DNA of 64,000 nucleotides from an uncultured virus (IMG/VR IMGVR_UViG_3300034279_000522) (Duplodnaviria; Heunggongvirae; Uroviricota; Caudoviricetes). Where the stretch lies: the IMG/VR virus record IMGVR_UViG_3300034279_000522; one strand, written 5' to 3'. This document shows, piece by piece, positions 15,827 to 25,817 of the stretch. The notes beneath the pieces are model-generated. The model made no database searches. It saw only the letters and a program-made list of their open reading frames with translations, and was not told the DNA's origin. The translations under genes and the position numbers were made by a program. Positions within the stretch are counted from its first letter, which is position 1, and every line of letters begins with the position of its first letter.

Positions 15827-16930
15827 ATGGCAGATAATTTCTTTTCAAATAATGATTCAAACTTTTATTGGTTCTTCGGATGTGTTGAAGATCGTGGAGA
15901 TCCTATGCGTATTGGTCGCGTAAGATTGCGAATTCTTGGTTATCACACAGATGATAAAGAACAGTTACCAACCGACGATCTTCCTTGGGCGATGCCAATT
16001 ATGCCCGCAAATAGTGCCAGCACTTCTGGTATTGGTTGGTCCCCAACTGGTCCAGTAGAAGGTACTTGGGTGTGGGGATTCTTCATGGATGGCGCAGAAG
16101 GTCAGCAACCTGCTTTTGTTGGGACAATTAATGCTGTTCCTGCGAGCAATGGTAGCGGCGGTGGGGGTGACGGATCAGGTAACTCTCCTACCTCGGGAGG
16201 CAGTGATGGTAGTGGTAGTGGTAGTGGTAGTTCTAATAAAGTCGATCCTGCTGCTCTAGAAAAGTTAAAGAATTGCAACTGCAGCAGTTTTGCTAAAAAC
16301 ATTATGGCGCGTGGTAATAAATCAAATATTAATCAAATCATTAAAGCATGTCGAGCAGCAGGATATAGCAACAATGCAGTTGCTGCATTTCTGGCAATCG
16401 CTGGTGTAGAATCTGCGTTTAGTCCTATTGCCGAAAACACCAATTGGTCAGTCAAGACCATGCTGAAGAATTTCAGGAAAGTTCGTAATAGAGGTGAAGC
16501 ATTTGCTCGTCAGTTAAAGTCAGCAGGTCCAATTGCCATGGCAAACTTTATCTATGGTGATACCAGTAAGGGTCTTGGTAATGCCAATTGCAATACTATT
16601 ACCACCTCTCCACTGGATGGTTATAAATTCCGTGGACATTCTTTTGTGCAAATAACTGGTAAAGATGCATTTGCGAAGATTGGTAAGATAATTGGAGAGG
16701 ATCTAGTGTCCAATCCACAAAAAGTAAACTCCAGCGTCGAATTTAGTGCCAAGTGCTGCCTTGCATTTTATCAGTATAAAGGAGTAAAGACTTCTTCTCT
16801 TGTTGGTGATAATGCCATTGAAATTTTGATTAAACAAACTGGTCTTGATATTAATAAGAATCACCAACACAAACGAGAATTATATAAGTGCTTTATGGAA
16901 AACTTTACTAAGAACGGGAACTTTATCTGA
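15827..16930 (+). CDS. gp5: gp5 N-terminal OB-fold fused to a GH19-like muramidase
   Basis: WFFGCVEDRGDPMRIGRVRLRILGYH, LPWA, GTWVWGFFMDG; G/S linker; FLAIAGVES...EN, DGYKFRGHSFVQITGK. Confidence 0.85.
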   Translation: MADNFFSNNDSNFYWFFGCVEDRGDPMRIGRVRLRILGYHTDDKEQLPTDDLPWAMPIMPANSASTSGIGWSPTGPVEGTWVWGFFMDGAEGQQPAFVGTINAVPASNGSGGGGDGSGNSPTSGGSDGSGSGSGSSNKVDPAALEKLKNCNCSSFAKNIMARGNKSNINQIIKACRAAGYSNNAVAAFLAIAGVESAFSPIAENTNWSVKTMLKNFRKVRNRGEAFARQLKSAGPIAMANFIYGDTSKGLGNANCNTITTSPLDGYKFRGHSFVQITGKDAFAKIGKIIGEDLVSNPQKVNSSVEFSAKCCLAFYQYKGVKTSSLVGDNAIEILIKQTGLDINKNHQHKRELYKCFMENFTKNGNFI

Positions 16931-19900
16931 TGTTGGATGTTCTGCTCAACCAAGATTTATCTAAAATTTTAGATAATACTAAAATAAGCAAGGTTCTTTC
17001 TGCGACAGAAATTAAGCAATTGATGGGATCCATCGCGCATGATGTTGGCGGCGGTTCACATTCTACAATTTCAGATAGTGGTAAAGTCGGGGCATATGGT
17101 TTCAATCTCGAGGCCCTACAGACTGTTGGTGCAGTCGCGCCTAATGCTATCGAAAAAACATTAGAGAATATTAAAAAGAATATTCCTGACATTTCAATAC
17201 TGACAAAGAAAACTTGGATTAGAGAACAGTCATCTGATTCTCTCGCGAAGTTTGGTCTTGGTGGATTGATTGGTAAAAACCTCGGTAAAAACTTTGCGCT
17301 TGATGCTCTTAATAAATTGGGACTTCCGATTCCAACGAACATTGGTAATGTTGGTAATAATCTAAACTTTGCTGCTCTCGCTGATCCTAAAATCTGGACT
17401 GCGAAAATTGGCAGTGCAGCAGCGATTGCAAATACAGTTGTCAACCAAGCAAACGGTTCGGTAGGATCCGCAGTTTCTTCTGTTAAAAACACTCTTTCTA
17501 AGGAGGGGTCTGGTCTTACTACAAAGATTGCATTGACAACATCTGCCTCAGGATCGAATGAAGTATTAAGCACTACAAATAAAATGGTTAACACCATAAC
17601 AAAGACACTTACTTCTTCTGCGGTAAAATCTGCTACTGCATTAATTACTAATTCAGTCAAACTTCCATCTGCAACTAAGGTTGCATTTGAATTAGTTTCC
17701 AACCAAATTGATAGAAAAACATCTGCAGTAAATGAAGCAATTGATGTTTCTTTTGATCCATTCAGAATAGCACCTTCTGTTGAAAATTTAACGAATGCAG
17801 TCTCTGTAGTTACTTCTTTGGTTGATACACATGAAAAAGAAGTCACAGAAATTATCGATGATGCTCACATCGAGCAGATTACTAATCTTGGCGGCGGTGG
17901 TGGTGGATTTTTAAACGATCCATCTTCCCAAAACAATGCTATGGTTTCTTTGCTCGATAGAAATATCAAATCTCTTCTTTCTGCAAAGGCAATTACAGCG
18001 GATTCACCCAAAGATGTTATCATGGGAATGCTGTCTGTTGCTAATGGTCAGGGAATCGACACAGCGATTAAGTTCGCAAATGGATTGATTAAAACCAGTT
18101 CTAGTGGAAAAACTTCCATGGATTTCTTTGGGGTTGGGTTTTCGGCAAACAAATTATTAGACGATCTTCTACAAACAAAACCTGGATCACCAACAATCTC
18201 TGCACCCAACCCAGCAGAACTTGTTCAGGCAAAACCAACTGTGGCAAATCAACCCACAAACGAGGGACTTCGAGATACTGATCCGACAAAGGGATATAAA
18301 GATCCAAATAATGTCTATCCCAAGAAAGAATATCTCGAAGCAGGTAACGGTGATGTCAATGCACTCGCGGTTGGGAAAAATCCAGGAGAAACTAAAGCAC
18401 TACCACAGGATCAAACGATCCACGGTCAACATGATGCACAAAGGACAACTTCGAAACCTATTGCTGGTCGAACAGGCGAGTCTGTTTCTCAACCGAAGTC
18501 TGCCTTTGCTGCTGAGTATCCATACAACCATACCTACCAGAGTGAATCTGGTCACACTATGGAATTTGATGATACGCCGAATGCAGAACGTGTTTCTCTA
18601 AATCATAAATCAGGCACGTTCCAAGAAATGCGACCAGATGGTTCGCAGGTAAATAAAATTATTGGTGACGGTTATACGGTTATCGATCGCAATGGTGTTA
18701 TTACGATCGAAGGCAAGGCAAATGTTCACGTTGGTGGCAGTTGTAATATCTATGTAGCAAACAACTGTAATCTTACAGTCGGTGGTAATACGAATATCGA
18801 TACACACGGAAACGTTGACTGGAAAGTCGGTGGCAACATGAACCTTGCTGTCAAAGGAACCTTTGCTACTCGCGTCGATGGTGATTATTCAATGGATGTC
18901 AATGGTAATATTGACTCTGCCACTTCAGGTTCTTGGCGTCTTGGATCTGCGACAAGCGTGGACATTCTGTCCAACAACAAGATTAATATTGATGCTACCT
19001 CTGATATTAACATTAAGTCCGACGCGAAGGCGAATGTTTACGGCGCAGAGACAAACATCAAGGCATCTGGTAAGACAAATATCCAAGCAGGTTCAACGAT
19101 GAATGTTAAGGGTGGTGGTGCTACCAATGTTGATGGTGCAATCATTACAGTAAATCCTGGAAGCGCAGGTTCTGCGGTGACCGCATCGGATGGTACTCCT
19201 CCTGATATTACTATTGTTGCAGATCCAGTTTCACCGATGACTCCAAGTGAACCTGAATTTGTTGGAGGTGGCGGTGGTGTCTCTCCGGATGAAGCAAAGG
19301 GTATGGATTATGATGGCGAAGATGGTATTGCAGATAGCAACGCTGCAGGTATTGAGGATAGCGCGACTCCTGGAGAAGATGGATCAAGTAGTCCAGAAAG
19401 CGGAAAGGTCGCACCTACTGCATGTAATGTAACTAAGACTGGAACCAAACTCCCAGATATTAACATTTCAAATGGCGTAAATTATGGGATGAAAATCTCT
19501 GATAAATTTACCTTAAAAGATGTAATGGTCAAGGGTAAGTTGAGAGCGTATGGTGGATTCAGCAAAGCAGACATGATTGCAAACATGCGCTGTTTGGCAG
19601 TAAACTGCTTAGATCCAATCAGAACTAAGTTCCCTGGAATGTATTTCACATCAGGATTCCGAGATTATATTCCATCTGGAGGATCAACAACCTCGCAGCA
19701 TATGCTCGGGCAGGCAGTTGATATGAAATTCAACGGTATGAGTAAGGCGAAATATCATGACGAGATTGTGCAGTGGATTATCAAAAACGTTCCTTACGAT
19801 CAAGTTCTTCTAGAATATCTACCTTCGGGCGGACACTGGATTCATATCTCATTTAAACAATCTGGGAATCGATACCAACACTTTACCATGTATAATCACA

Positions 19901-19938
19901 AACGTGTTTCGGCAAATGGATCGTTTAAAAAATACTAA
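16930..19938 (+). CDS. gp5 C-terminal part (beta-helix spike) with C-terminal M15-type peptidase
   Basis: YPYNHTYQSESGHTMEFDDTPNAER...HKSGTFQEMRPDG and VxG 8-residue repeats; C-terminal TSGFR, SQHMLGQAVD, WIHIS. Confidence 0.8.
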   Translation: MLDVLLNQDLSKILDNTKISKVLSATEIKQLMGSIAHDVGGGSHSTISDSGKVGAYGFNLEALQTVGAVAPNAIEKTLENIKKNIPDISILTKKTWIREQSSDSLAKFGLGGLIGKNLGKNFALDALNKLGLPIPTNIGNVGNNLNFAALADPKIWTAKIGSAAAIANTVVNQANGSVGSAVSSVKNTLSKEGSGLTTKIALTTSASGSNEVLSTTNKMVNTITKTLTSSAVKSATALITNSVKLPSATKVAFELVSNQIDRKTSAVNEAIDVSFDPFRIAPSVENLTNAVSVVTSLVDTHEKEVTEIIDDAHIEQITNLGGGGGGFLNDPSSQNNAMVSLLDRNIKSLLSAKAITADSPKDVIMGMLSVANGQGIDTAIKFANGLIKTSSSGKTSMDFFGVGFSANKLLDDLLQTKPGSPTISAPNPAELVQAKPTVANQPTNEGLRDTDPTKGYKDPNNVYPKKEYLEAGNGDVNALAVGKNPGETKALPQDQTIHGQHDAQRTTSKPIAGRTGESVSQPKSAFAAEYPYNHTYQSESGHTMEFDDTPNAERVSLNHKSGTFQEMRPDGSQVNKIIGDGYTVIDRNGVITIEGKANVHVGGSCNIYVANNCNLTVGGNTNIDTHGNVDWKVGGNMNLAVKGTFATRVDGDYSMDVNGNIDSATSGSWRLGSATSVDILSNNKINIDATSDINIKSDAKANVYGAETNIKASGKTNIQAGSTMNVKGGGATNVDGAIITVNPGSAGSAVTASDGTPPDITIVADPVSPMTPSEPEFVGGGGGVSPDEAKGMDYDGEDGIADSNAAGIEDSATPGEDGSSSPESGKVAPTACNVTKTGTKLPDINISNGVNYGMKISDKFTLKDVMVKGKLRAYGGFSKADMIANMRCLAVNCLDPIRTKFPGMYFTSGFRDYIPSGGSTTSQHMLGQAVDMKFNGMSKAKYHDEIVQWIIKNVPYDQVLLEYLPSGGHWIHISFKQSGNRYQHFTMYNHKRVSANGSFKKY

Positions 19939-19958
19939 AAGGCATATAAATAAGTATT

Positions 19959-20348
19959 ATGAAGACAGTCAGAATATACAAAGATTTAGATCTTTCCTTT
20001 ACTCCGCATCCTGGAACGGGTGACTTGGGGATGAAGTTTGACATCAATTCAGTTAAGCAATCGCTTAGAATATTATTGTTGACTGCGAACGGTGAAAGAC
20101 CGTTTAACTATATTGTTGGTTCGCCGATTTATATGATGTTGTTTGAACCTATGGATCTCGTTACTGCAAACATGTTAGAGGCACAAATTACGCTTCTGAT
20201 CACTCAGTTCGAACCTAGATGTAAACTTGAATTGGTTGAGGTGTCACCAAATTTTGACCTTAATCAATATGACATAACCATCAGTTTCTATGTAGTCGGC
20301 AATCCCGAACCAATTACATATTCAACATTCTTAAAGAGAGCTCGCTAA
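19959..20348 (+). CDS. gp25: Baseplate wedge gp25
   Basis: YKDLDLSF, SVKQSL, GERPF, FEPR; TATAAATA at 19945. Confidence 0.92.
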   Translation: MKTVRIYKDLDLSFTPHPGTGDLGMKFDINSVKQSLRILLLTANGERPFNYIVGSPIYMMLFEPMDLVTANMLEAQITLLITQFEPRCKLELVEVSPNFDLNQYDITISFYVVGNPEPITYSTFLKRAR

Positions 20349-22265
20349 ATGGCAGAACTTAGAGTAACAGAACTTGATTTCCACGGAATCAAGCAAAACC
20401 TGAAAGAATATCTTGCTTCACAGGATGAATTTTCAGATTATAATTTCGAGGGATCTGCAATGTCAGTCCTACTCGATGTTCTTGCATATAATACGCACTA
20501 CAATGCTACTCTTGCACATCTTCTTGCTAATGAAATGTTCCTCGATAGTGCGTTAAAAAGATCTTCTGTTGTTTCTATTGCAAAGACAATGGGGTATTTA
20601 CCAAATTCTCAGACTTGTGCAAGAGCAGAAGTCTCATTAGAAGTAGTCGCACCAGCAAACTACGGTCCAGATTCTCTCACATTATCTAAAAACACTTCTT
20701 TTACTGCGACAGGAATTCCTTCTGACCTAGTACCAAGTGGTGTATACTCATTTAAACCTGATGACGATTATACTGTTACTGTATCAGATCAAAATGGATC
20801 GATAAAAACATTTACATTCGGGGATATTAAATTAATCGAAGGCAACAGAGTCGCAAATACATTCTTTGCAGATAGTACAACTCTGTCTGGACCATTTATC
20901 ATTCCAAACAAAAATGTAGATATTACTACGGTTACGGTTTCTGTTCAAACCCCAAGTGATGATATAACTACGTCTTTCAATTATTCAGATACATATCTTA
21001 ACATCGATAATAATAGTAATGTGTTTTGGATTGAGATGGGTTATGACGGTTTATACCAAATCGTATTTGGCGATAACATTTTAGGGAAGCAATTAGAATA
21101 CGGTGATATTATTACTGTTGAATATTTTGTTGGTTCTGCAGATGGCGCAAATAACTTATCCAATTTTTCTGTGAGTAATATCCTTACTGGATCGACAGAG
21201 ACTAAAACAGTAGAAGTCATTACACGTGCTTCTCGTGGTGCGCAAGCAGAGAGCATTGATAGTATTAAATTCAATGCACCAAAATTCAATACAACCAGAG
21301 ATCGTGCAGTAACCTCTGATGACTACGCAACTCTGATTAAGAGAAGATTCCCTGGAATTAATTCTATCAGTGTTTGGGGTGGAGAAATTAATGATCCGCC
21401 GATTTATGGTAGAGTGTTTATTTGTTTAGATCCAGTTGCTGGCACGGTTATCACAGAATCAGATAAGGATACAATCGCGCGAGATATTATCGCACCAAAG
21501 AGTGTAGTCTCGATCCAACCTGTTTTTGTTGATCCCGAATATACATTCATCAGTGTTAATTCGACAATTAAATATGATCAGAAGAAAACTTTCGAAACTT
21601 CATCCGAACTTGCTACTAGAGTTAGACAATCTGTAATCGATCACTTCGACCTTAATGTGAATAAACTTGCGCAAGATTTCTACTATTCAAAATTGAGTGC
21701 AGAAATCATGGATACTTCTAGTTCGATCATTACGAATAATATTGATCTTACTTTACATAAACGGTTCACTGGTGTAGTATCAAATCAAATTTCATTCAGA
21801 TTGGATCCAAATTTCGGACAACCTGTGCAACCAAATAGTTTGCGTTCTACGTATTTTAATACGTTGTTAAATAATACCTATTATGACGCATATATGGTTG
21901 ATGTTCCAGATCAATCTCCTCCAGATCCATTGGGAACTGGAACAATTTACCTGAAACAAATTGGCACTGATGTAGTTCTATCTTCTAGTTTCGGAACAAT
22001 AAATTACGGAACAGGCAAAATACTTATACCGACCTGCTATTTTATCTCTTTGTTGGGTGGTGCAAATGCATTTAGAATTTACGTCAAACCACAAAATGTC
22101 ACAGCAGATATTACAACTAAAATTTTAACAAGAACTCTCGAAGATTATACGGGAGCAATTATTCCTACGATTTCTAGAAATTCTCTGCTCAAATTAGATC
22201 AAGATAGTGCTGCTAATGTTGCTGCTAATATTACTACGGGTCTACAGGTAACGGTTACAACATAA
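20349..22265 (+). CDS. gp6: Baseplate wedge gp6
   Basis: ELDFHGIKQNLKEYL, DYNFEGS, LAYNTHYNA, NEMFLDSA, RAVTSDDY, WGGE. Confidence 0.95.
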   Translation: MAELRVTELDFHGIKQNLKEYLASQDEFSDYNFEGSAMSVLLDVLAYNTHYNATLAHLLANEMFLDSALKRSSVVSIAKTMGYLPNSQTCARAEVSLEVVAPANYGPDSLTLSKNTSFTATGIPSDLVPSGVYSFKPDDDYTVTVSDQNGSIKTFTFGDIKLIEGNRVANTFFADSTTLSGPFIIPNKNVDITTVTVSVQTPSDDITTSFNYSDTYLNIDNNSNVFWIEMGYDGLYQIVFGDNILGKQLEYGDIITVEYFVGSADGANNLSNFSVSNILTGSTETKTVEVITRASRGAQAESIDSIKFNAPKFNTTRDRAVTSDDYATLIKRRFPGINSISVWGGEINDPPIYGRVFICLDPVAGTVITESDKDTIARDIIAPKSVVSIQPVFVDPEYTFISVNSTIKYDQKKTFETSSELATRVRQSVIDHFDLNVNKLAQDFYYSKLSAEIMDTSSSIITNNIDLTLHKRFTGVVSNQISFRLDPNFGQPVQPNSLRSTYFNTLLNNTYYDAYMVDVPDQSPPDPLGTGTIYLKQIGTDVVLSSSFGTINYGTGKILIPTCYFISLLGGANAFRIYVKPQNVTADITTKILTRTLEDYTGAIIPTISRNSLLKLDQDSAANVAANITTGLQVTVTT

Positions 22266-25200
22266 TGAATCTTATTCCACCATCCAAGAAAGTTGTTACT
22301 GGATTTACCATAATCTCAGGCGGGAATAACTATGTCTCGCCAACTATTGAAATTGATGGTGGTGGTGGTATTGGCGCATCAGTAGAAGCAACTGTTGTTG
22401 GCGGTAAAATTACTGCATTGAATATTATCAATCAGGGATCTGGTTTCACTACTCCCCCTACTGTCACTATCGAAGATGATGAAGGGGAAGGTGCATCAAT
22501 AACTGCAATAATTGGCGATCCTCCATATAAGAATAAACTAGAGTTTCTCATTCAGGAGCAACTTCCCGAATTTGTTCAAAATGAATATACTGGATTCGTA
22601 ACCTTTCTAGAAGGTTATTATCGTTTTCTTGATCAATCAGGAGAAGTCAACAATTTTCTTTTGAGCGCAAAAGATTATTCTGATGTCGATACTACATTAG
22701 AAGCATTCATTGAGCAATTTAGATCGCAATATGCAGTAGACATTCCAAAAAATGTGCTTGTCAATCAACGCAGACTCGTAAAACTGATTCGCGATTTTTA
22801 TGAATCTAAGGGTGCAGAAGATTCAATCGAACTTCTGTTCAAGATCCTATATGATGAAACGGTAGAATTCTTTTACCCCTCGACGCACATCCTAAAAGCA
22901 TCAGATGGTGTTTGGATTGAAGATGTTATTATTAGAATAATCGAAGGTGATGATGACGTTGATCCATTTACCTTACAAGGTAAGATTTGTAATTTAGTTT
23001 ATTACGAAAATACTGGCGTTCAGATTTTTCCAAAGACAATCGAAACGACGGTAACTGGCGTAAAGAAACTAGCATACACTCTACCAGCAATTTACGAACT
23101 CAATGTATCACTTCCTAAGAATTCTCCTCTAAAAGTTCCAGGTGCAGGTGCAGTTGCAACACTCAACATAACTAGTGGAGTAATCACAAGTGTAACAGTC
23201 GTTTCTGGTGGATCAGGGTTTTATGCTGCCCCAGAAATAACTTTAACTGGCACAAACGGATCAGGTGCAGTTCTTCGTGCAAACATTGTAGATGGTGAAG
23301 TTGATACGATTGCTGTCATCCAAGGTGGATCTGGTTATATTGAAAATGATGATGAGAATGAAGAAGAAAGTATTGAAGTAGTCTTTTCTACAGACTCTAT
23401 TCGAACTCATATTCATCTGCCATCAGATCCCAATACGATTTATGGTTATGTTATCCGTCAATTATCTACAGTAGAAGTTATTTCCTGTGATGGTGATGGC
23501 GTCGATGACGATTGTGGATTTAGGGTCGGGCAGATTTATCAAATCGACGAGCAAAGTGTTGTCGGTCAATACGTAATAGATCCACCGATGTCTGCTGTCA
23601 CAGACACTCTCATCGATGCTATCGATGCAAATCCATTAGAGTATGGAACATATGATGCCGAAAGATTTGCTGATGGTATTAATGATCCATTCTTCAATAT
23701 TGGTGATGAATATATTAGGGTCAATCGCGATAACAGAGCATCGATTAGAATTTCATCCATTGATGAATCTGGATGCGTTACTGCTGTTACCATCTTCAAT
23801 ACAGGATTCGAGTTCGAGCAGGAACAATTCCAAACAACCATCATATCTCCAAATGGATGTGAAGCAGTTCTTGCATTTACCACTGGTGCCGTTCTCGTAA
23901 AGGCAGGTAGATTTAAAGATTCCCGTGGTATGTTGTCGAACATCAACAAACTACAAGACAATTATTATTACCAGAACTATTCCTACGTAATTAAATCTGG
24001 CGTGACCTCGAATACATGGTTACCAATAATTAATAAAACTGTGCATCCTGCTGGTATGGCGGTATTTGGTGAATTGCTCATCACACAGACAATCGATATG
24101 GTTGATTATATTGGTGTTCTAGAAATCCTAGTGCTCAATGAATTCTTTGGTGACATTACGGTGATCAATGACCAAACTAGATCTGTTGATTTTGAAAAGG
24201 TTCTATTAGATAATGTTGATGGGCGCAGATCTTACTATGCGATTCCCGACTATGTCCCAACTGAATATGCATCAGCAGATTCAGACTTACTAAAAGTGCA
24301 CTTCTATAAGGTTCTTTCTGATCTCACAAATCTGTCAGATTCAGTAGATTTACTTTACGACAAGGGACTCTATGATACCGAAGAAGATGCTACTTCTATG
24401 GTCGATTCTTTCGACCGTGTTGTTCAATATTTCAGAGAGTTTAACGATGTTGCAACACCAACCGATTCTTTCGATCGTGTCGTGCAATATTTTAGAGTGT
24501 TCGACGAAGGAACTTCTCTAAGCGATTCATTTGATCGTGTAGTTCAATATGTCAGACTTTTTAATGAAGAAATATCGTCGACCGATTCTTTCGATCGTGT
24601 CGTGCAATATGTCAGAGAGTTTGACGAAGAAACAACTCTGATCGATTCCTTCAGCAGAGTTGTTCAATATGTTAGACTATTTAATGATGCGTTCTATACC
24701 TCGCATACTACTGCAGTCGATTTTGGTAAAACTCTAATAGAAGATCCGCTTTGGGTTACTAGAGATTTCTGGGCAAATCCTGATTATAGTGGTACTGAAT
24801 TTGCATGGAATGCAGAGGAAACAATTGAAGTTGCGTTTGGTAAAAACGTTTCGGATTCTTATAGTTCATCCGATATCATTGATATAATTTCGTTTGGCAA
24901 AGTTATCACAGACACTGCAAGCATATCAATAGAGCGTCCAGGATTTGTAATCAATAAAGTATTGTCTGAAACAATTTTTGCATCAGATGCCAAATCTATC
25001 ACAACTGCACTCCCGACTTTGGCGGATTCATTTATTGTTTCTGAAGATTCTATCATTAGTAATCTTCTAACTAAAACAGAAATTGCAACAACTCTGGACT
25101 ACTATAATAAGGTTTTGCAAATCTCCAGTGCAGATGGCGCAGAAACCTCAGAAATTATTTTCATCGAAGACGAAATTCCGCATATTGATATGGTTGGAGT

Positions 25201-25339
25201 GAATGAGAGTTCAAGAATGATTATAAATAAAGGAATCGGGGACATGCTTGGCATAACTGATTCAGGAATTATTAACACTCAAGATTATGTCAACGGTGAT
25301 TTTGGTTCAGACTTTGTTGGTCAAGCCGTTTATTTTTAA
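22265..25339 (+). CDS. Baseplate wedge initiator (gp7-like) with C-terminal repeats
   Basis: QLPEFV, FYESKG..DSIELLFKILY, LKASDG, LQDNYYYQNYSYVIKS, VHPAG; located between gp6 and gp8. Confidence 0.7.
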   Translation: MNLIPPSKKVVTGFTIISGGNNYVSPTIEIDGGGGIGASVEATVVGGKITALNIINQGSGFTTPPTVTIEDDEGEGASITAIIGDPPYKNKLEFLIQEQLPEFVQNEYTGFVTFLEGYYRFLDQSGEVNNFLLSAKDYSDVDTTLEAFIEQFRSQYAVDIPKNVLVNQRRLVKLIRDFYESKGAEDSIELLFKILYDETVEFFYPSTHILKASDGVWIEDVIIRIIEGDDDVDPFTLQGKICNLVYYENTGVQIFPKTIETTVTGVKKLAYTLPAIYELNVSLPKNSPLKVPGAGAVATLNITSGVITSVTVVSGGSGFYAAPEITLTGTNGSGAVLRANIVDGEVDTIAVIQGGSGYIENDDENEEESIEVVFSTDSIRTHIHLPSDPNTIYGYVIRQLSTVEVISCDGDGVDDDCGFRVGQIYQIDEQSVVGQYVIDPPMSAVTDTLIDAIDANPLEYGTYDAERFADGINDPFFNIGDEYIRVNRDNRASIRISSIDESGCVTAVTIFNTGFEFEQEQFQTTIISPNGCEAVLAFTTGAVLVKAGRFKDSRGMLSNINKLQDNYYYQNYSYVIKSGVTSNTWLPIINKTVHPAGMAVFGELLITQTIDMVDYIGVLEILVLNEFFGDITVINDQTRSVDFEKVLLDNVDGRRSYYAIPDYVPTEYASADSDLLKVHFYKVLSDLTNLSDSVDLLYDKGLYDTEEDATSMVDSFDRVVQYFREFNDVATPTDSFDRVVQYFRVFDEGTSLSDSFDRVVQYVRLFNEEISSTDSFDRVVQYVREFDEETTLIDSFSRVVQYVRLFNDAFYTSHTTAVDFGKTLIEDPLWVTRDFWANPDYSGTEFAWNAEETIEVAFGKNVSDSYSSSDIIDIISFGKVITDTASISIERPGFVINKVLSETIFASDAKSITTALPTLADSFIVSEDSIISNLLTKTEIATTLDYYNKVLQISSADGAETSEIIFIEDEIPHIDMVGVNESSRMIINKGIGDMLGITDSGIINTQDYVNGDFGSDFVGQAVYF
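24404..24690 (+). repeat. Five in-frame 60-bp repeats encoding DSF(D/S)RVVQY(F/V)RxF
   Basis: Units start at 24404, 24464, 24524, 24584 and 24644. Confidence 0.9.
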
Positions 25340-25358
25340 CTAGAAGAAGGTAACTCAA

Positions 25359-25811
25359 ATGAATCTCAAAGAAAAAATCGCAGGTGCTACTGGTAAACTT
25401 CGCATCGTCGTTCAAGACGAAGTGACAGGCGAAATCAAGCACGATATCGAAACAACAAACCTTGTTGTTGATACAGGTCTTAACTATATCGCATCGCGTA
25501 TGGTCGGGACTTCAAAGAATGTTATGTCTCACATGGCAGTTGGTTCAGACGACACTGCTGCAGCGGCAGGTGATACCAACGTTGGATCGATTCTTGGTTC
25601 GCGCAAGGCGTTGACAAGTTCGACTGCAACTCTCAACGCTGTTGAATATGTTGCAACTTTCGCTGCAGGCGAAGGTACTGGTGCAGTTGTTGAGGCAGGA
25701 ATCTTCAATGCTTCAACATCAGGTGATATGCTTTGCCGCACCGTGTTTGATGTTATCAACAAGGGCGCATCAGACAGCATGACTATCACTTGGACGGTTA
25801 CTGTATCGTAA
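25359..25811 (+). CDS. Putative virion structural protein (150 aa)
   Basis: NLVVDTG..., MAVG, EAGIFNA..GDML.R.VF.VINK...ITWTVT pattern common in tail/baseplate proteins; TATAAATA at 25222. Confidence 0.65.
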   Translation: MNLKEKIAGATGKLRIVVQDEVTGEIKHDIETTNLVVDTGLNYIASRMVGTSKNVMSHMAVGSDDTAAAAGDTNVGSILGSRKALTSSTATLNAVEYVATFAAGEGTGAVVEAGIFNASTSGDMLCRTVFDVINKGASDSMTITWTVTVS

Positions 25812-25817
25812 TATAAC

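Noticed and set aside
16923..17846. Long antisense ORFs (also 32291..33157, 47430..47990, 7190..7687 and others)
   Set aside because: Shadows of strongly supported genes on the opposite strand, favoured by low-complexity codon use; no RBS or recognisable motifs
24404..24690. Regularly spaced 60-bp repeats resembling a CRISPR array
   Set aside because: In-frame coding repeats varying mainly at synonymous positions; no unique spacers, leader or cas genes
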